A stretch of 64,000 bases of DNA from NCBI GenBank assembly GCA_963810065.1, contig CAWELX010000001.1:142819-206818 (forward strand), written 5' to 3'. Under the pieces are notes generated by a model. That model was not told where the DNA came from. It was given only the letters and a program-made list of their open reading frames with translations, and searched no databases. The DNA is from an uncultured Chloroflexia bacterium. Lineage in GTDB: Bacteria; Chloroflexota; Limnocylindria; Limnocylindrales; CSP1-4. Made by a program: the position numbers and the translations under genes. Shown here piece by piece: positions 27,210 through 36,037 of this stretch (positions are counted from its first letter, which is position 1; each line of letters opens with the position of its first letter).

Positions 27210-29147
27210 TCAGGCCGCGCGCCGCCCCTGCGCCTTCGCCTTGCGGCGGCAAAGCGGGCACCCGACGGGCAGCTTCGCGCGGGTGAAGGGCGACATCTTG
27301 TAGGCCGGGTGCTCGGGGTCGTCGGGGCAGATCCAGCGCACGGTCTTGTCGTAGGTCGCCTTGATCTTGTCCGGGCGGAGCGGCGCGTTTGCGTGCGCGT
27401 CCCATTCGCGCTCGAGGTCCGGCCGGACCGCAGCGAGCGCGTTGAGGCCGTCCGCGCGCTCGGTGGAGCACCGCTGGCAGCGGGTCTGGCGCACCGTCCG
27501 CTGGGCAACCTCTGCCTCCCACGTATGGCCGCAGCGGTGGCACTTCCAGTGCGCCTTGTAGCCGGATCCGGCCTTGACCGATGAGGCGAGCCGGTTGTTC
27601 GCCACGCTGTCCCAGTCGCGCAGGACGAGCGGGAAGTCGGTGAGCATCCTGCCCGCGACCTTGACCGAGGCGGTCGTGCGGCCCGGCGTGACGGTCGCCT
27701 CCATCGGCGGCAGCCCGATCTCCGCGAGCGAGGCGTTGAGCGCGGCGACGTTGGCGATCACCGAGCGCGCCTTCGCCGCCGCGTCGTAGGTCGCCTTGCC
27801 CTTCGCCGCCCGGTCGTGGGCATCGACGATGAGCTGGCCGATCGAGCACAGCGTGCCACGCGGGTCGTGGCGGGCGGTCCAGGCGAAGTGCTGGTCGGGG
27901 CGCAGGTCGCGCATCGTGGCCTTGACGATGCCGCCGAACGTGGCGAGGTCGGCCTGGCCCGCGTGGTAGGCGCGCACGAGCGCGAGCACGAGTTGGAGCC
28001 GGCCCGCGTTGCGGAGCGAGTAGCGCCGGCGCTTCCCGAACCGGCGGTCGATCCAGTCGAGGATCCGCTCGGCGGCGGCGTTGCTCCGGGGGAAGCCGAA
28101 GAACTGGCGGTGGAGGCCGACCTGCTGGCGGATGAGGGCGTCGTTCGTGCGGCACCAGCCGTCGAGCGCGACGGCCTGCCGAGCGACGGCGAAGGCGCGG
28201 AGCGCGTCCCAGTCGTGGTTCGACCACTGGGCCTTGCGGAATAGCTCGACGTTGGCCGGGTCGTCGGGGTTGTTTCCGTCGTTGCGGGCGTGCTCGCGGA
28301 TGAGCCGCCCGAGGTGGAACTCGCACGAGTAGAAGTTGGCGTTGGGCCATCGCCGCTGCGCCGCGTTGGCGATCGCGCCCGCACCGTCCGCGACCACCCA
28401 CTCGGGGCCGTCGCCGCCGGGGTCGATCTCGTCGAGGAAGTCGATCCAGGAGCGCCCGGTCTCGTCGGGGGCGAGGCCGATCCGCCAGGGCATCATCGCC
28501 TGCTTGGGGTCGTCGCCGCCGACCGCGATGAGCACCGCGCCGCCGCGCTCGTCGGCATTCCAGGTCGGGTCGAAGCCCTCCGCGCCGTATGCGCGCAGGT
28601 TGAGCGGCTTGGAGTCGAGGATGAGGATGCGCGGGCACCTCGACGGCGCGAGCGACTTGTCGATCGCCGTGCCGAAGAGGTCGAGGTAGCGGGCGGCGAG
28701 GGTGTGCTGGCGGCTCGCGTGCCGCATCTTGTGGCCGTCCTCGACGTAGCGGTGGGCTTCGAGCCGGATCGTGCGGCTCGCCCGCCGGAGCGACATCCCC
28801 TGCGCGACGAGCTGGAGCAGGTGCGCGATCTCGATGGCCGTGTGGAGGTAGTCGGGCGGCGAGATCGGCCCCTGGGCGACGCCGGGCTTCACGTCGCAGG
28901 TGAGGCACTCCGAGCCCGGGCCGTGCGCGTCGCTCGGGCGGCGTCGTCCGAGCGAGAAGGTGTGCGGATCCGAGCCGTCATCGGGCGCGCAGCGGAACCG
29001 CTGACGGCGGTAGGGCGCGCTCGTCCAGTCCCGCCGGCCCCACAGGGTGATGCTGCCCTGGTGTCCCTTCGAGCACGTCGTCGGGCGGTTGGCGATCACG
29101 AGCCTCGGTCGCCCCGTCCTGCCCGTGCCCGTCGCTGTCCCGTCCAT
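27210..29147 (-). CDS. MULE/IS256-family (Mutator-like) DDE transposase homolog with N-terminal Cys cluster and two C-terminal zinc-ribbon motifs
   Basis: MULE core ILILDSKPL...DETGRSWIDFLDEI...WVVADGAGAIANAAQRRWPNANFYSCEFHLGRLIRE (D...E-x-SW...DG-x-G...P-x-A...C-x-x-H). C-terminal WKCHRCGHTWEAEV...CQRCS and WICPDD...VGCPLCRR are DUF4379-like zinc ribbons. Confidence 0.6.
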   Translation of the reverse strand: MDGTATGTGRTGRPRLVIANRPTTCSKGHQGSITLWGRRDWTSAPYRRQRFRCAPDDGSDPHTFSLGRRRPSDAHGPGSECLTCDVKPGVAQGPISPPDYLHTAIEIAHLLQLVAQGMSLRRASRTIRLEAHRYVEDGHKMRHASRQHTLAARYLDLFGTAIDKSLAPSRCPRILILDSKPLNLRAYGAEGFDPTWNADERGGAVLIAVGGDDPKQAMMPWRIGLAPDETGRSWIDFLDEIDPGGDGPEWVVADGAGAIANAAQRRWPNANFYSCEFHLGRLIREHARNDGNNPDDPANVELFRKAQWSNHDWDALRAFAVARQAVALDGWCRTNDALIRQQVGLHRQFFGFPRSNAAAERILDWIDRRFGKRRRYSLRNAGRLQLVLALVRAYHAGQADLATFGGIVKATMRDLRPDQHFAWTARHDPRGTLCSIGQLIVDAHDRAAKGKATYDAAAKARSVIANVAALNASLAEIGLPPMEATVTPGRTTASVKVAGRMLTDFPLVLRDWDSVANNRLASSVKAGSGYKAHWKCHRCGHTWEAEVAQRTVRQTRCQRCSTERADGLNALAAVRPDLEREWDAHANAPLRPDKIKATYDKTVRWICPDDPEHPAYKMSPFTRAKLPVGCPLCRRKAKAQGRRAA

Positions 29148-29248
29148 CGTTGCGAGCGTGCCGCAGGCCTGCGACAGGTTCTATGGCACAGATGGGGTGG
29201 GACTTAGCAACCGTCCTTGACGCACAAGTGAACACCCGGCTATTGACA

Positions 29249-29312
29249 GGTGGAGCTGCGAAGAGTACTGAGGCCGGAGGGTCGTCATGGGATGTCAATG
29301 GTAGCCGGGCGA
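29249..29312. repeat. dnaE-start repeat copy B
   Basis: GGTGGAGCTGCGAAGAGTAC-TGAGGCCGGAGGGTCGTCATGGGATGTCAATGGTAGCCGGGCGA. Minus-strand reading gives MTTLRPQYSSQLHLS. Confidence 0.85.
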
Positions 29313-31077
29313 TCAGGGGGCGCGGTGAGATGGACGGTTGAGCGTGACACTCCCACCACCAACGGCGATGACCAGCCGCTCCCCCACCCCGCCAGCCGCG
29401 GCACGCCGCCCCTCGCTCATGGTAGCTGCCCGTAGCACGGGGCCACGGTTCGACAATGCTGACGGGCCATCAGCATTCGGCCGTCCGACGGATCCGCCTC
29501 GCACCGGCGTCGCCGATCATGGATGCTTTGTGCGAGTTCCTCACCATGGAGACCTGGATGCCATGCGCGTGCGTGATGCCGACACTGCCCGTGGAGAGCT
29601 CGAACGGCATTATCTGGCTCGTCTACCGTCGCCCCGCAACCGGCGGGAGGCCACGCCGCTGGCCCTGTTGGCCCGCCGGGGGCCGGCGGCGACCGCGAAC
29701 GATGCGCACCACGGGGAGGCGACCTTCGAAAGCGGCCGGAGCGAGGGCTAGCGATGCCGAACGGGGGCCGCGACTGCTGCGGCGAGTGTGTCTTCAACCC
29801 GGCGAGCGTCGTGAGGACCGGCGGGGCCGCCTCCGAAGCGCTCACGCACGAAGCGGCGTTCTGCGAGATCCGGTCCGAGCTGCCCGTCGCCGACCCGTTC
29901 TACACCTACTGTGCGAACTTCCACACCGTCTCGCCCGCGCCCGACGGTCCCGTCTTCGCCGGCTTCCATGAATTCGGGCGTCTTCCCTGGCACGGCTCGG
30001 AGCCGGTCCGCCTGGCCCAGCGGCCTGGAAATCTCCGGTCTCGTTGTCTCTGACGGTGGAGCCGACCGCGAGTTCGCGGACCCCGCCGCGTACCTGGCCT
30101 GGTGGCGCAGCGCGCACTCGGGCGAGGACCCCGAGTACCCGTGGACGCTCCACGAGCGGATGCTGCCGCCGTCGATGCGCGCCGAGGGCCGCGACGCCCC
30201 CTCCGCGATGGAGCGCCTCCGGGCGCTGGTCGGGCGTGGCGGGGGGACCGCGCGCCGGCGCCCGCCGCCGCCCCTCGACGAGTCGATCCCGGACGCCTGG
30301 CAGCGACGCTGGGAGTGGTGGAGGGCGCTCGGCCACGAGGGGCGAGCGGACTGGTTCCTGGGCCGCGCTCTCGCCATCCTCGGCCTGGACGACGTGGAGG
30401 AACGCCTGGCCGACAAGAGGGTGGAGCATCGCCCAAGTGCCCACGTCGTGGAGGCGTGGCACGCCTGGCTGCTGCGAACAACGGAGGGGGTTGTGGAGCT
30501 GGCCGCGCACGTCGAGAGTCCGACCGCAACGGCGTTCCGGGCATTTCGGTCCTTGAACGTGGATCCCGATCTTGTCGCAGCGTATCGCGACATCTGGCTC
30601 CGGCCGCCGGACGACCCGCTGCGGAACGGCGACGAGGCGAAGGTCATCGCGGGCGCGCTGGCCGAGCAGGTCCGCGATCTCGACGCGGGAACGTATCGCT
30701 ACTGGCCCACGCTTCCCGCGGCTTCTGAGGACGACATCCGGGCGCGCGGCTTCGATCCGCGGCGCGTGGTCGTCCTTGGCTTCGCGGCCGAGGAGCGTGA
30801 TGGCTCGCCGGCCACCTCCGTCCCGGTTCCGTGGATCGGGCGGGTCACCCTGTGGCGGCGGGGTTCGGAGTCCGTCTTCGTCGAGGGGGCCATCGTCGAG
30901 ACCTGTGACCCGGCACTTGACCCCGAGGCGCACGCGAAGTCACGTCATGTTCACGAGGAGAACGTTCGCCGGCTTCGGGAGCGGCTCGACGCCTACGCGT
31001 CGACTGACGGACGTGGAGGTGCCTGAGCGGCGCACCTGACGGTTCAGCGAGTCGTGCGTGAACTCCTGCCCATTGGC
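29313..31077 (+). mobile_element. Putative older, degraded inserted segment E1 between repeat copies B and C
   Basis: Bounded by copies B and C. Its only sizeable gene is frameshifted. Confidence 0.3.
29754..31026 (+). CDS. Hypothetical protein with N-terminal CCGEC motif; frameshift near 30040
   Basis: MPNGGRDCCGECVFNP... (frame 29754..30053) continues as ...GLEISGLVVSDGGADREFADPAAYLAWW... in frame 29911..31026. Confidence 0.35.
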
Positions 31078-31138
31078 GGGTGGAGCTGGCAGAATCCTGA
31101 GGCCGGAGGGTCGTCACGGGAGGTCAATGGTAGCCGGG
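31078..31138. repeat. dnaE-start repeat copy C
   Basis: GGTGGAGCTGGCAGAATCC-TGAGGCCGGAGGGTCGTCACGGGAGGTCAATGGTAGCCGGG. Minus-strand reading gives VTTLRPQDSASSTR. Confidence 0.85.
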
Positions 31139-31186
31139 GTGGCGGGGTCCGGCCGACAACCGCGGCGGACCGCGGCCGGCCGAACC

Positions 31187-31207
31187 TCCCCCCCTCGGCG
31201 GGGGGAT
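31187..31207 (-). terminator. Hairpin CCCCCCC-TCGGC-GGGGGG, 35 bp downstream of the SDR stop
   Basis: Perfect 6-7 bp G/C stem. Confidence 0.4.
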
Positions 31208-31238
31208 GCTCGACGGCCCGCCCCTGGACCGGCGCGGC

Positions 31239-32027
31239 CTATTGCGCGGTCCAGCCCCCGTCGACCGGCAGGACGGCGCCCGTCACCAGGCCCGACGCCC
31301 GGGAGGCCAGGAAGACGACCACGGCCGCGACGTCGGCGGTCGTGCCGACCCGGCCGATGGGGATCCGTGCGAGGACTTCGGCGAGAAACGCCGGGTCGTC
31401 GAGGCGCTCGGCAGTCCCGGGCGTGTAGATCCAGGTGGGCGCGATCGCGTTGACCGTCACCCCGTGCGGCGCCCACTCGAGCGCGAGGACCTTGGTCAGC
31501 AGGTTCACGCCGCCCTTGCTCGCGGAGTAGACCGCGTGGCGCCGGATGCCGACGAGCCCGGCCTGCGAGCTCACGTTGACGATGCGCCCATAGCCTCGCT
31601 CGACCATGTGGCGACCGACGGCCTGGCTGACGAAGAAGACGCCCTTGAGGTTGACGGCCATCATCTCGTCCCAGTCGGCCTCGGTGACATCGAGCGCGTC
31701 GTGATTCGCTCCGAGGCCCGCGTTGTTGACGAGAATGTCGATCCGGCCGTACGAGGCGACCGCCACGTCGACCGCGGCCCTGGTGGCGCCGACATCCGTC
31801 ACATCGATGCGGAACGGCTCCACCTGCCCGCCGTCCGGGGCGCTCCAGGCGACCTCGCTCGGGCTGGCGTCGCGGACGCCGGCGAGGACGTGGGCGCCGC
31901 AGGCCGCCAGCGCCCGCGCGAGGTCGCGGCCGATCCCACGGCCGGCACCGGTCACGAGGGCAACCTGCCCGGTCAGGTCGAAGTCCGGTCGCTGGATGGG
32001 AGCTCCTCCGCTTCGTCCGCGGCGCAA
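31239..32027 (-). CDS. Short-chain dehydrogenase/reductase (SDR)
   Basis: Cofactor-binding motif TGAGRGIG. NNAG motif. Catalytic YSASK. Confidence 0.8.
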   Translation of the reverse strand: MRRGRSGGAPIQRPDFDLTGQVALVTGAGRGIGRDLARALAACGAHVLAGVRDASPSEVAWSAPDGGQVEPFRIDVTDVGATRAAVDVAVASYGRIDILVNNAGLGANHDALDVTEADWDEMMAVNLKGVFFVSQAVGRHMVERGYGRIVNVSSQAGLVGIRRHAVYSASKGGVNLLTKVLALEWAPHGVTVNAIAPTWIYTPGTAERLDDPAFLAEVLARIPIGRVGTTADVAAVVVFLASRASGLVTGAVLPVDGGWTAQ

Positions 32028-32060
32028 GGGCGGGCGCGGGTCGTCGGGCGCGGCCCGGCG

Positions 32061-32273
32061 TCAGTCCTCGACGGCCAGCATGACCTCGGTCGACTTGATG
32101 ACCGCCACCACGCGCTTGCCCGGCTCGAGCCCGAGCCGTCGGGCGGATTCGGCCGTGATCGCCGACACGAGCTCATGCCCGCCGTCCACGTCGATCACGA
32201 CCTCGGCCATGACCTGGTCCCCGGTCACCGTGCGGACCGTGCCGGGCAGCTGGTTTCGCGCGCTGATCCTCAT
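32061..32273 (-). CDS. Molybdopterin-binding TOBE-domain protein (Mop-like)
   Basis: MRISARNQLPGTVRTVTGDQVMAEVVIDVDGG...VIKSTEVMLAVED is typical of single-TOBE Mop proteins. Confidence 0.7.
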   Translation of the reverse strand: MRISARNQLPGTVRTVTGDQVMAEVVIDVDGGHELVSAITAESARRLGLEPGKRVVAVIKSTEVMLAVED

Positions 32274-32509
32274 CGACTCACTCCCTGCTGTGTTGCGCCG
32301 TCGGGGGCCTGCGCCCCGTCCGGCAATTCCCTTGTCGCGGCTGACCCGGCGGCGGATGGAGAGCCGGCCGTCATCGCCGCCGCCATGCCGGCGCCGCGCG
32401 GCCAGTCGTGCGGCTCCCCACGGTCAGTCGTGCGACGCCGCGCCATGGTCGCACACCGCCGGCGCCACGTCCCGAATCGCGCGGATCCGTCCAGCCGTGC
32501 GCGCGGCGC

Positions 32510-33364
32510 TCAGGCGACGGCCCGCGCGTCGAGCACGCGGCTCCAGTGGAAGACGCGGACGGCCAGCAGGACGCCGAACGCCGCGAGCACCAGGATCGCC
32601 GCCGCCGCGATCGACGCGTCGAGGTTGCCGCCCTGGAACTCGCCGTAGACCACGAGCGGCAGGGTCTGGGTCCGACCCTCCACGTTCCCGGCGAACATGA
32701 TCGTGGCGCCGAACTCCCCGAGCGAGCGCGCCCAGCTCATCGTCAGGCCCGCCGCGAGCGCAGACCCGGCCAGGGGAACCGTGACCGCGCTGAAGAGCCG
32801 GCGCTCGGATGCCCCGTCCACGCGTGCCGCGTCCTCCAGGTCGCGGTCGACGCCGGCGATCCCGGTCCGCGCCGAGCGGATGAAGAACGGGGCGGAGACG
32901 AACACCTGGGCCAGGATCACGGCGACCGTCGTGAACGGCACGGAGATGCCGAGGAACGTGAAAGGCGCCGCGAGCAGCCCGTGCCGGCCGAAGACCAGGA
33001 GCAGGGCCAACCCGGCAACCGCCGGCGGCAGGACGATGGGGAGGTCCACGGTCGCCTCCACCAGGCCCTTGCCGCGAAACCGCCGGCGGGCGAGGACGAA
33101 GGCGAGCGGCAGCCCGAGCGTCACGGTGATGACGAGGCTGATGGCGGTCGTGACGAGGCTCAGCCAGAGGGCGTCGAGGACGACGGGCGAGGCGATCGCG
33201 ACCCGCAGCGACCCGTCGAGGATCGCCCGGGCCACCAGGGTGAGCACGGGTAGCCCGAGGAAGAGGGCGAAGAGGGCCGCGAGGGCCACGAGCGAGCGCT
33301 CCCCCCAGCGCCCCGGGACGTGATGATCCACCGCGGGACGGGCGACCTCCACCGGCGGTCCCAT
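32510..33364 (-). CDS. modB: Molybdate ABC transporter permease
   Basis: Permease EAA-like region. Adjacent to modA and mop. Confidence 0.7.
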   Translation of the reverse strand: MGPPVEVARPAVDHHVPGRWGERSLVALAALFALFLGLPVLTLVARAILDGSLRVAIASPVVLDALWLSLVTTAISLVITVTLGLPLAFVLARRRFRGKGLVEATVDLPIVLPPAVAGLALLLVFGRHGLLAAPFTFLGISVPFTTVAVILAQVFVSAPFFIRSARTGIAGVDRDLEDAARVDGASERRLFSAVTVPLAGSALAAGLTMSWARSLGEFGATIMFAGNVEGRTQTLPLVVYGEFQGGNLDASIAAAAILVLAAFGVLLAVRVFHWSRVLDARAVA

Positions 33365-33387
33365 GGCGCGTGCGCCAGCCTCCTCGA

Positions 33388-34245
33388 TCACGGCGGGGCC
33401 AGGAAGCCGAAGCTGCCCAGGATCGCCTGGCCGTCCGGTCCCGCGAGCCATGCGAGGAAGGCCCGGGCGGCGGCGGCGTTCTCGGACGCCTTGACGACGA
33501 CGCCGGCATAGGTCGCAAGGACGTTCGCCGCGTCGGGAACGTCGACGGTCGCGACCTTCGTCGACGCCGCGGCGTCGGTGACGTACACGATGCCGGCGTC
33601 GCCCTCGCCGAGCTCCAGCTTGGCGACCACGGCCCTCGCGTTGTCCTCCTTCGTCACGATGTTGGCGGCGTAGGCCGCGGCGAAGTCCGCCGGGTAGCCG
33701 GGCTCCTTCGCGAGGTTGTCGACCAGCTGCGTGGCGTACTTCGTGATGGGCACTTCGTCACCGGCGGCGATGATCTTCACGCCGGCCGTCGCGAGGTCGG
33801 CCGGCGTGGTGATCCCGGCCGGGTTGTCGATCGGGACGATCACGGTCAGCTTGTTGCCGGCGAAGCTGACGGCCGGCCCGTCCGTCAGCCCCTCGTCGAC
33901 GAGCGCCCGCGGATTCTTCGTGTCGGCAGAGAGGAAGACGTCGGCCGGGGCGCCCTGCTCGATCTTCGTCGCGAGCGCCGAGGAAGCATCGGTCGAAATG
34001 GTCAGCGTGGTGCCCGGGACCGCGGCCTCGTAGGCGGCTTTCGCCTTCTCCAGCGCTCCCTTGAGCGACGCCGCGCCGTAGATGGTCAGGTCGACCGCGG
34101 CCGGCGGCGTCGCCGACGCAGGCGCGCTCGAGGGAGCGGCCGCCGGCGTCGCGGACGGGCTGCTCGGCGACGACGATGTACCGCCCGAGCAGGCCGCTAC
34201 GATGCAGGCCACGATGGCGACGAGGGCGGCGCGTCGGGATCTCAT
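33388..34245 (-). CDS. modA: Molybdate ABC transporter substrate-binding lipoprotein
   Basis: Lipobox VAACSGG with Pro/Ser linker. ModA-like body (IYGAASLKGALE...FLSADTKNP...). Start placed at the ATG of MRSRRAALVA (34245). Confidence 0.75.
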   Translation of the reverse strand: MRSRRAALVAIVACIVAACSGGTSSSPSSPSATPAAAPSSAPASATPPAAVDLTIYGAASLKGALEKAKAAYEAAVPGTTLTISTDASSALATKIEQGAPADVFLSADTKNPRALVDEGLTDGPAVSFAGNKLTVIVPIDNPAGITTPADLATAGVKIIAAGDEVPITKYATQLVDNLAKEPGYPADFAAAYAANIVTKEDNARAVVAKLELGEGDAGIVYVTDAAASTKVATVDVPDAANVLATYAGVVVKASENAAAARAFLAWLAGPDGQAILGSFGFLAPP

Positions 34246-34351
34246 GGTCGAGATCTCATCGTCGGCTTCTCCGGTGGCGGGATCGCATGGCGCGTTTCCA
34301 GATAGTAGCCGATGATTGACTACTCCAAGGCAAGGGATCGTCAGGAGCAAG

Positions 34352-34906
34352 ATGCGCCCACCCAGGACGGAGCTGAACCTCACCGAGTGGGTGGTGCTCG
34401 CGCTCGCGAGCGAGGCCCCGATCCACGGCTGGACGATCGTCCGGGCCGTCCGCCGGGGCGGCCCCATCGGCGAGGCCTGGTCCAGCTCCGGGCCGCTCGT
34501 CTACCGGGCGATCTCCCGGCTCCAGGAGGTCGGCCTCCTGCGACCCGTGGGCCTGGCCGAGGGGCAGGGCCCCAACCGGGTCATCCTCGAGGCCACGCCG
34601 GCGGGCGCGGAGATGGTCGCGGCGTGGCTCCAGCAGCCCGTGGACCACGTCCGCGAGGTGCGCACCGCGTTCCTGGTGAAGCTGCTCCTCCTGGAGCGTC
34701 GCGGCGAGGACCGGCGCGCGCTCGTCCGGCGCCAGCGAGAGCGGCTCGCGCCGGTGATCGCGGGGCTCGCCGAGCGCGCCGCCGCCGCGACGGGCCCCGA
34801 ACGGCCGGTGGCAATCTGGCGCGCCATGAACGCGGAGGCCGTGATGCGGTTCCTCGACGCGATCGACCACGACCGTCCCACAGGGTTCGCTGACCCGGCG
34901 CCCTGA
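34352..34906 (+). CDS. PadR-family transcriptional regulator
   Basis: Winged HTH LTEWVVLALASEAPIHGWTIVRAV. SD AGGAG. Divergent from modA. Confidence 0.65.
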   Translation: MRPPRTELNLTEWVVLALASEAPIHGWTIVRAVRRGGPIGEAWSSSGPLVYRAISRLQEVGLLRPVGLAEGQGPNRVILEATPAGAEMVAAWLQQPVDHVREVRTAFLVKLLLLERRGEDRRALVRRQRERLAPVIAGLAERAAAATGPERPVAIWRAMNAEAVMRFLDAIDHDRPTGFADPAP

Positions 34907-35007
34907 CCGCCGGGGCGACCGCGACGTCCTGGGCGGCGCCGCAGGCGCCCGCTCGTCTCCAGGGGTTGTCGCGAGAAGTCGAGGGTTCAGGTGTGCGAAG
35001 GCTGGCC

Positions 35008-35892
35008 TCAGCCCGCTGCCGCGACCTCGTGGACGATGGCGTCCAGCGCCTCCTTCGCCTCGGGCAGGAAGTCGAAGAACGTCCACACGTGCACCATCCC
35101 CGATGCCTCCCGGATCGAGAGCTCCCAGGCCGGCAGGCTCGCCGCCACCGTCGCCAGCCGGCGCGCGTCCGCGACAAGCTGGTCGTCGCCACCGCAGTAG
35201 ACCGTCGTTGGCGGGAGCCCTGAGAGGTCGGCGAACAGCGGACTGGCCCGCGGGTCGTTCACACCCTCGGCGCCCGCGTACAGTCGACCGGCGTGCAGGA
35301 GGCTCGCGCGCGACAGGATGTGGTCCCGGCGATCCAGGTCGACGCCGGCCGCGGATGTCATCCCCACGTCGAGCCACGGAGACAGGAGGACCAGGCGCGC
35401 GGGCGGGGCCAGGCGCTGGTCGCGCGCGGCCACGGCAACGCTCAGCGCCAGGCCGGCCCCGGCTGAGTCCCCCATCACGACGAGCGGTCGTCCTGCGGCG
35501 ACGAGGTCCGCGTGAAGGTCGACCGTCCAGGCCAGCGTCGTGGGCACGGTGCTCCCGGGAGCCAGCGGGTACTCGGGTGCGGACACCGACGCGCCGGTGC
35601 GCCGGACGAGCTGCGCGATGAAGTGCCAGTGCACGCTCTCGAACCCACCGACGTACGCGCCGCCGTGCAGGTACAGCACGTGCGGCGCACCGACACGCCC
35701 GTCGCGAGGCTCCAGGTGCCACACGGCGTGACCGGCGCGCGACGTGCGCGTCACGACCGCGACGTCGGCCACTTCTGACCCGGGCTCGGCCGACACGAAC
35801 GGGCGGCGGCCGGCGATGCGCTCCTCGAAGCCGTGGCGCTGCCGGGTGACGCGCAGGATGATGTCGAGCAGTCGTGCCTGCGCGCTCTTCAT
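35008..35892 (-). CDS. Alpha/beta hydrolase fold-3 esterase/lipase
   Basis: Oxyanion HGGAY. Nucleophile GDSAG. Confidence 0.7.
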   Translation of the reverse strand: MKSAQARLLDIILRVTRQRHGFEERIAGRRPFVSAEPGSEVADVAVVTRTSRAGHAVWHLEPRDGRVGAPHVLYLHGGAYVGGFESVHWHFIAQLVRRTGASVSAPEYPLAPGSTVPTTLAWTVDLHADLVAAGRPLVVMGDSAGAGLALSVAVAARDQRLAPPARLVLLSPWLDVGMTSAAGVDLDRRDHILSRASLLHAGRLYAGAEGVNDPRASPLFADLSGLPPTTVYCGGDDQLVADARRLATVAASLPAWELSIREASGMVHVWTFFDFLPEAKEALDAIVHEVAAAG

Positions 35893-36037
35893 GCAGCCAT
35901 CCTGACAGGTCCGAGCGGCGGTCCCGGCGGCGAGGCACGCTCCGTTGAGGGGTTTGGGCCCGGCGGCTGCGCGTTGCGGCGGCTACTCGGTGAGGTCGAT
36001 GCGCCGGCCCTCGCCGCGTCGGCGGTACGCTGCGCGC

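Larger units (their letters stand above)
24891..29248 (-). mobile_element. Putative integrated element E2 between repeat copies A and B (GGDEF protein, small membrane protein, MULE-like transposase)
   Basis: Bounded by direct repeats whose flank-sharing pattern matches an attL/attR mosaic. Contains a transposase-family gene. Confidence 0.35.

Noticed and set aside
28978-29298. ORFs beginning MTSHDDPPAS / MTTLRPQD (also 23944..24876 and 30845..31117)
   Set aside because: These recurring N-termini are produced by the dnaE-start repeat copies read in alternative frames. They were useful as a flag for the repeat, but they are not independent genes; 30845..31117 is antisense to 29754..31026.
34246-34351. 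Moco riboswitch upstream of modA
   Set aside because: The modA 5' region shared with divergent padR is only ~105 bp. It lacks the length and conserved stems expected of a Moco RNA motif.
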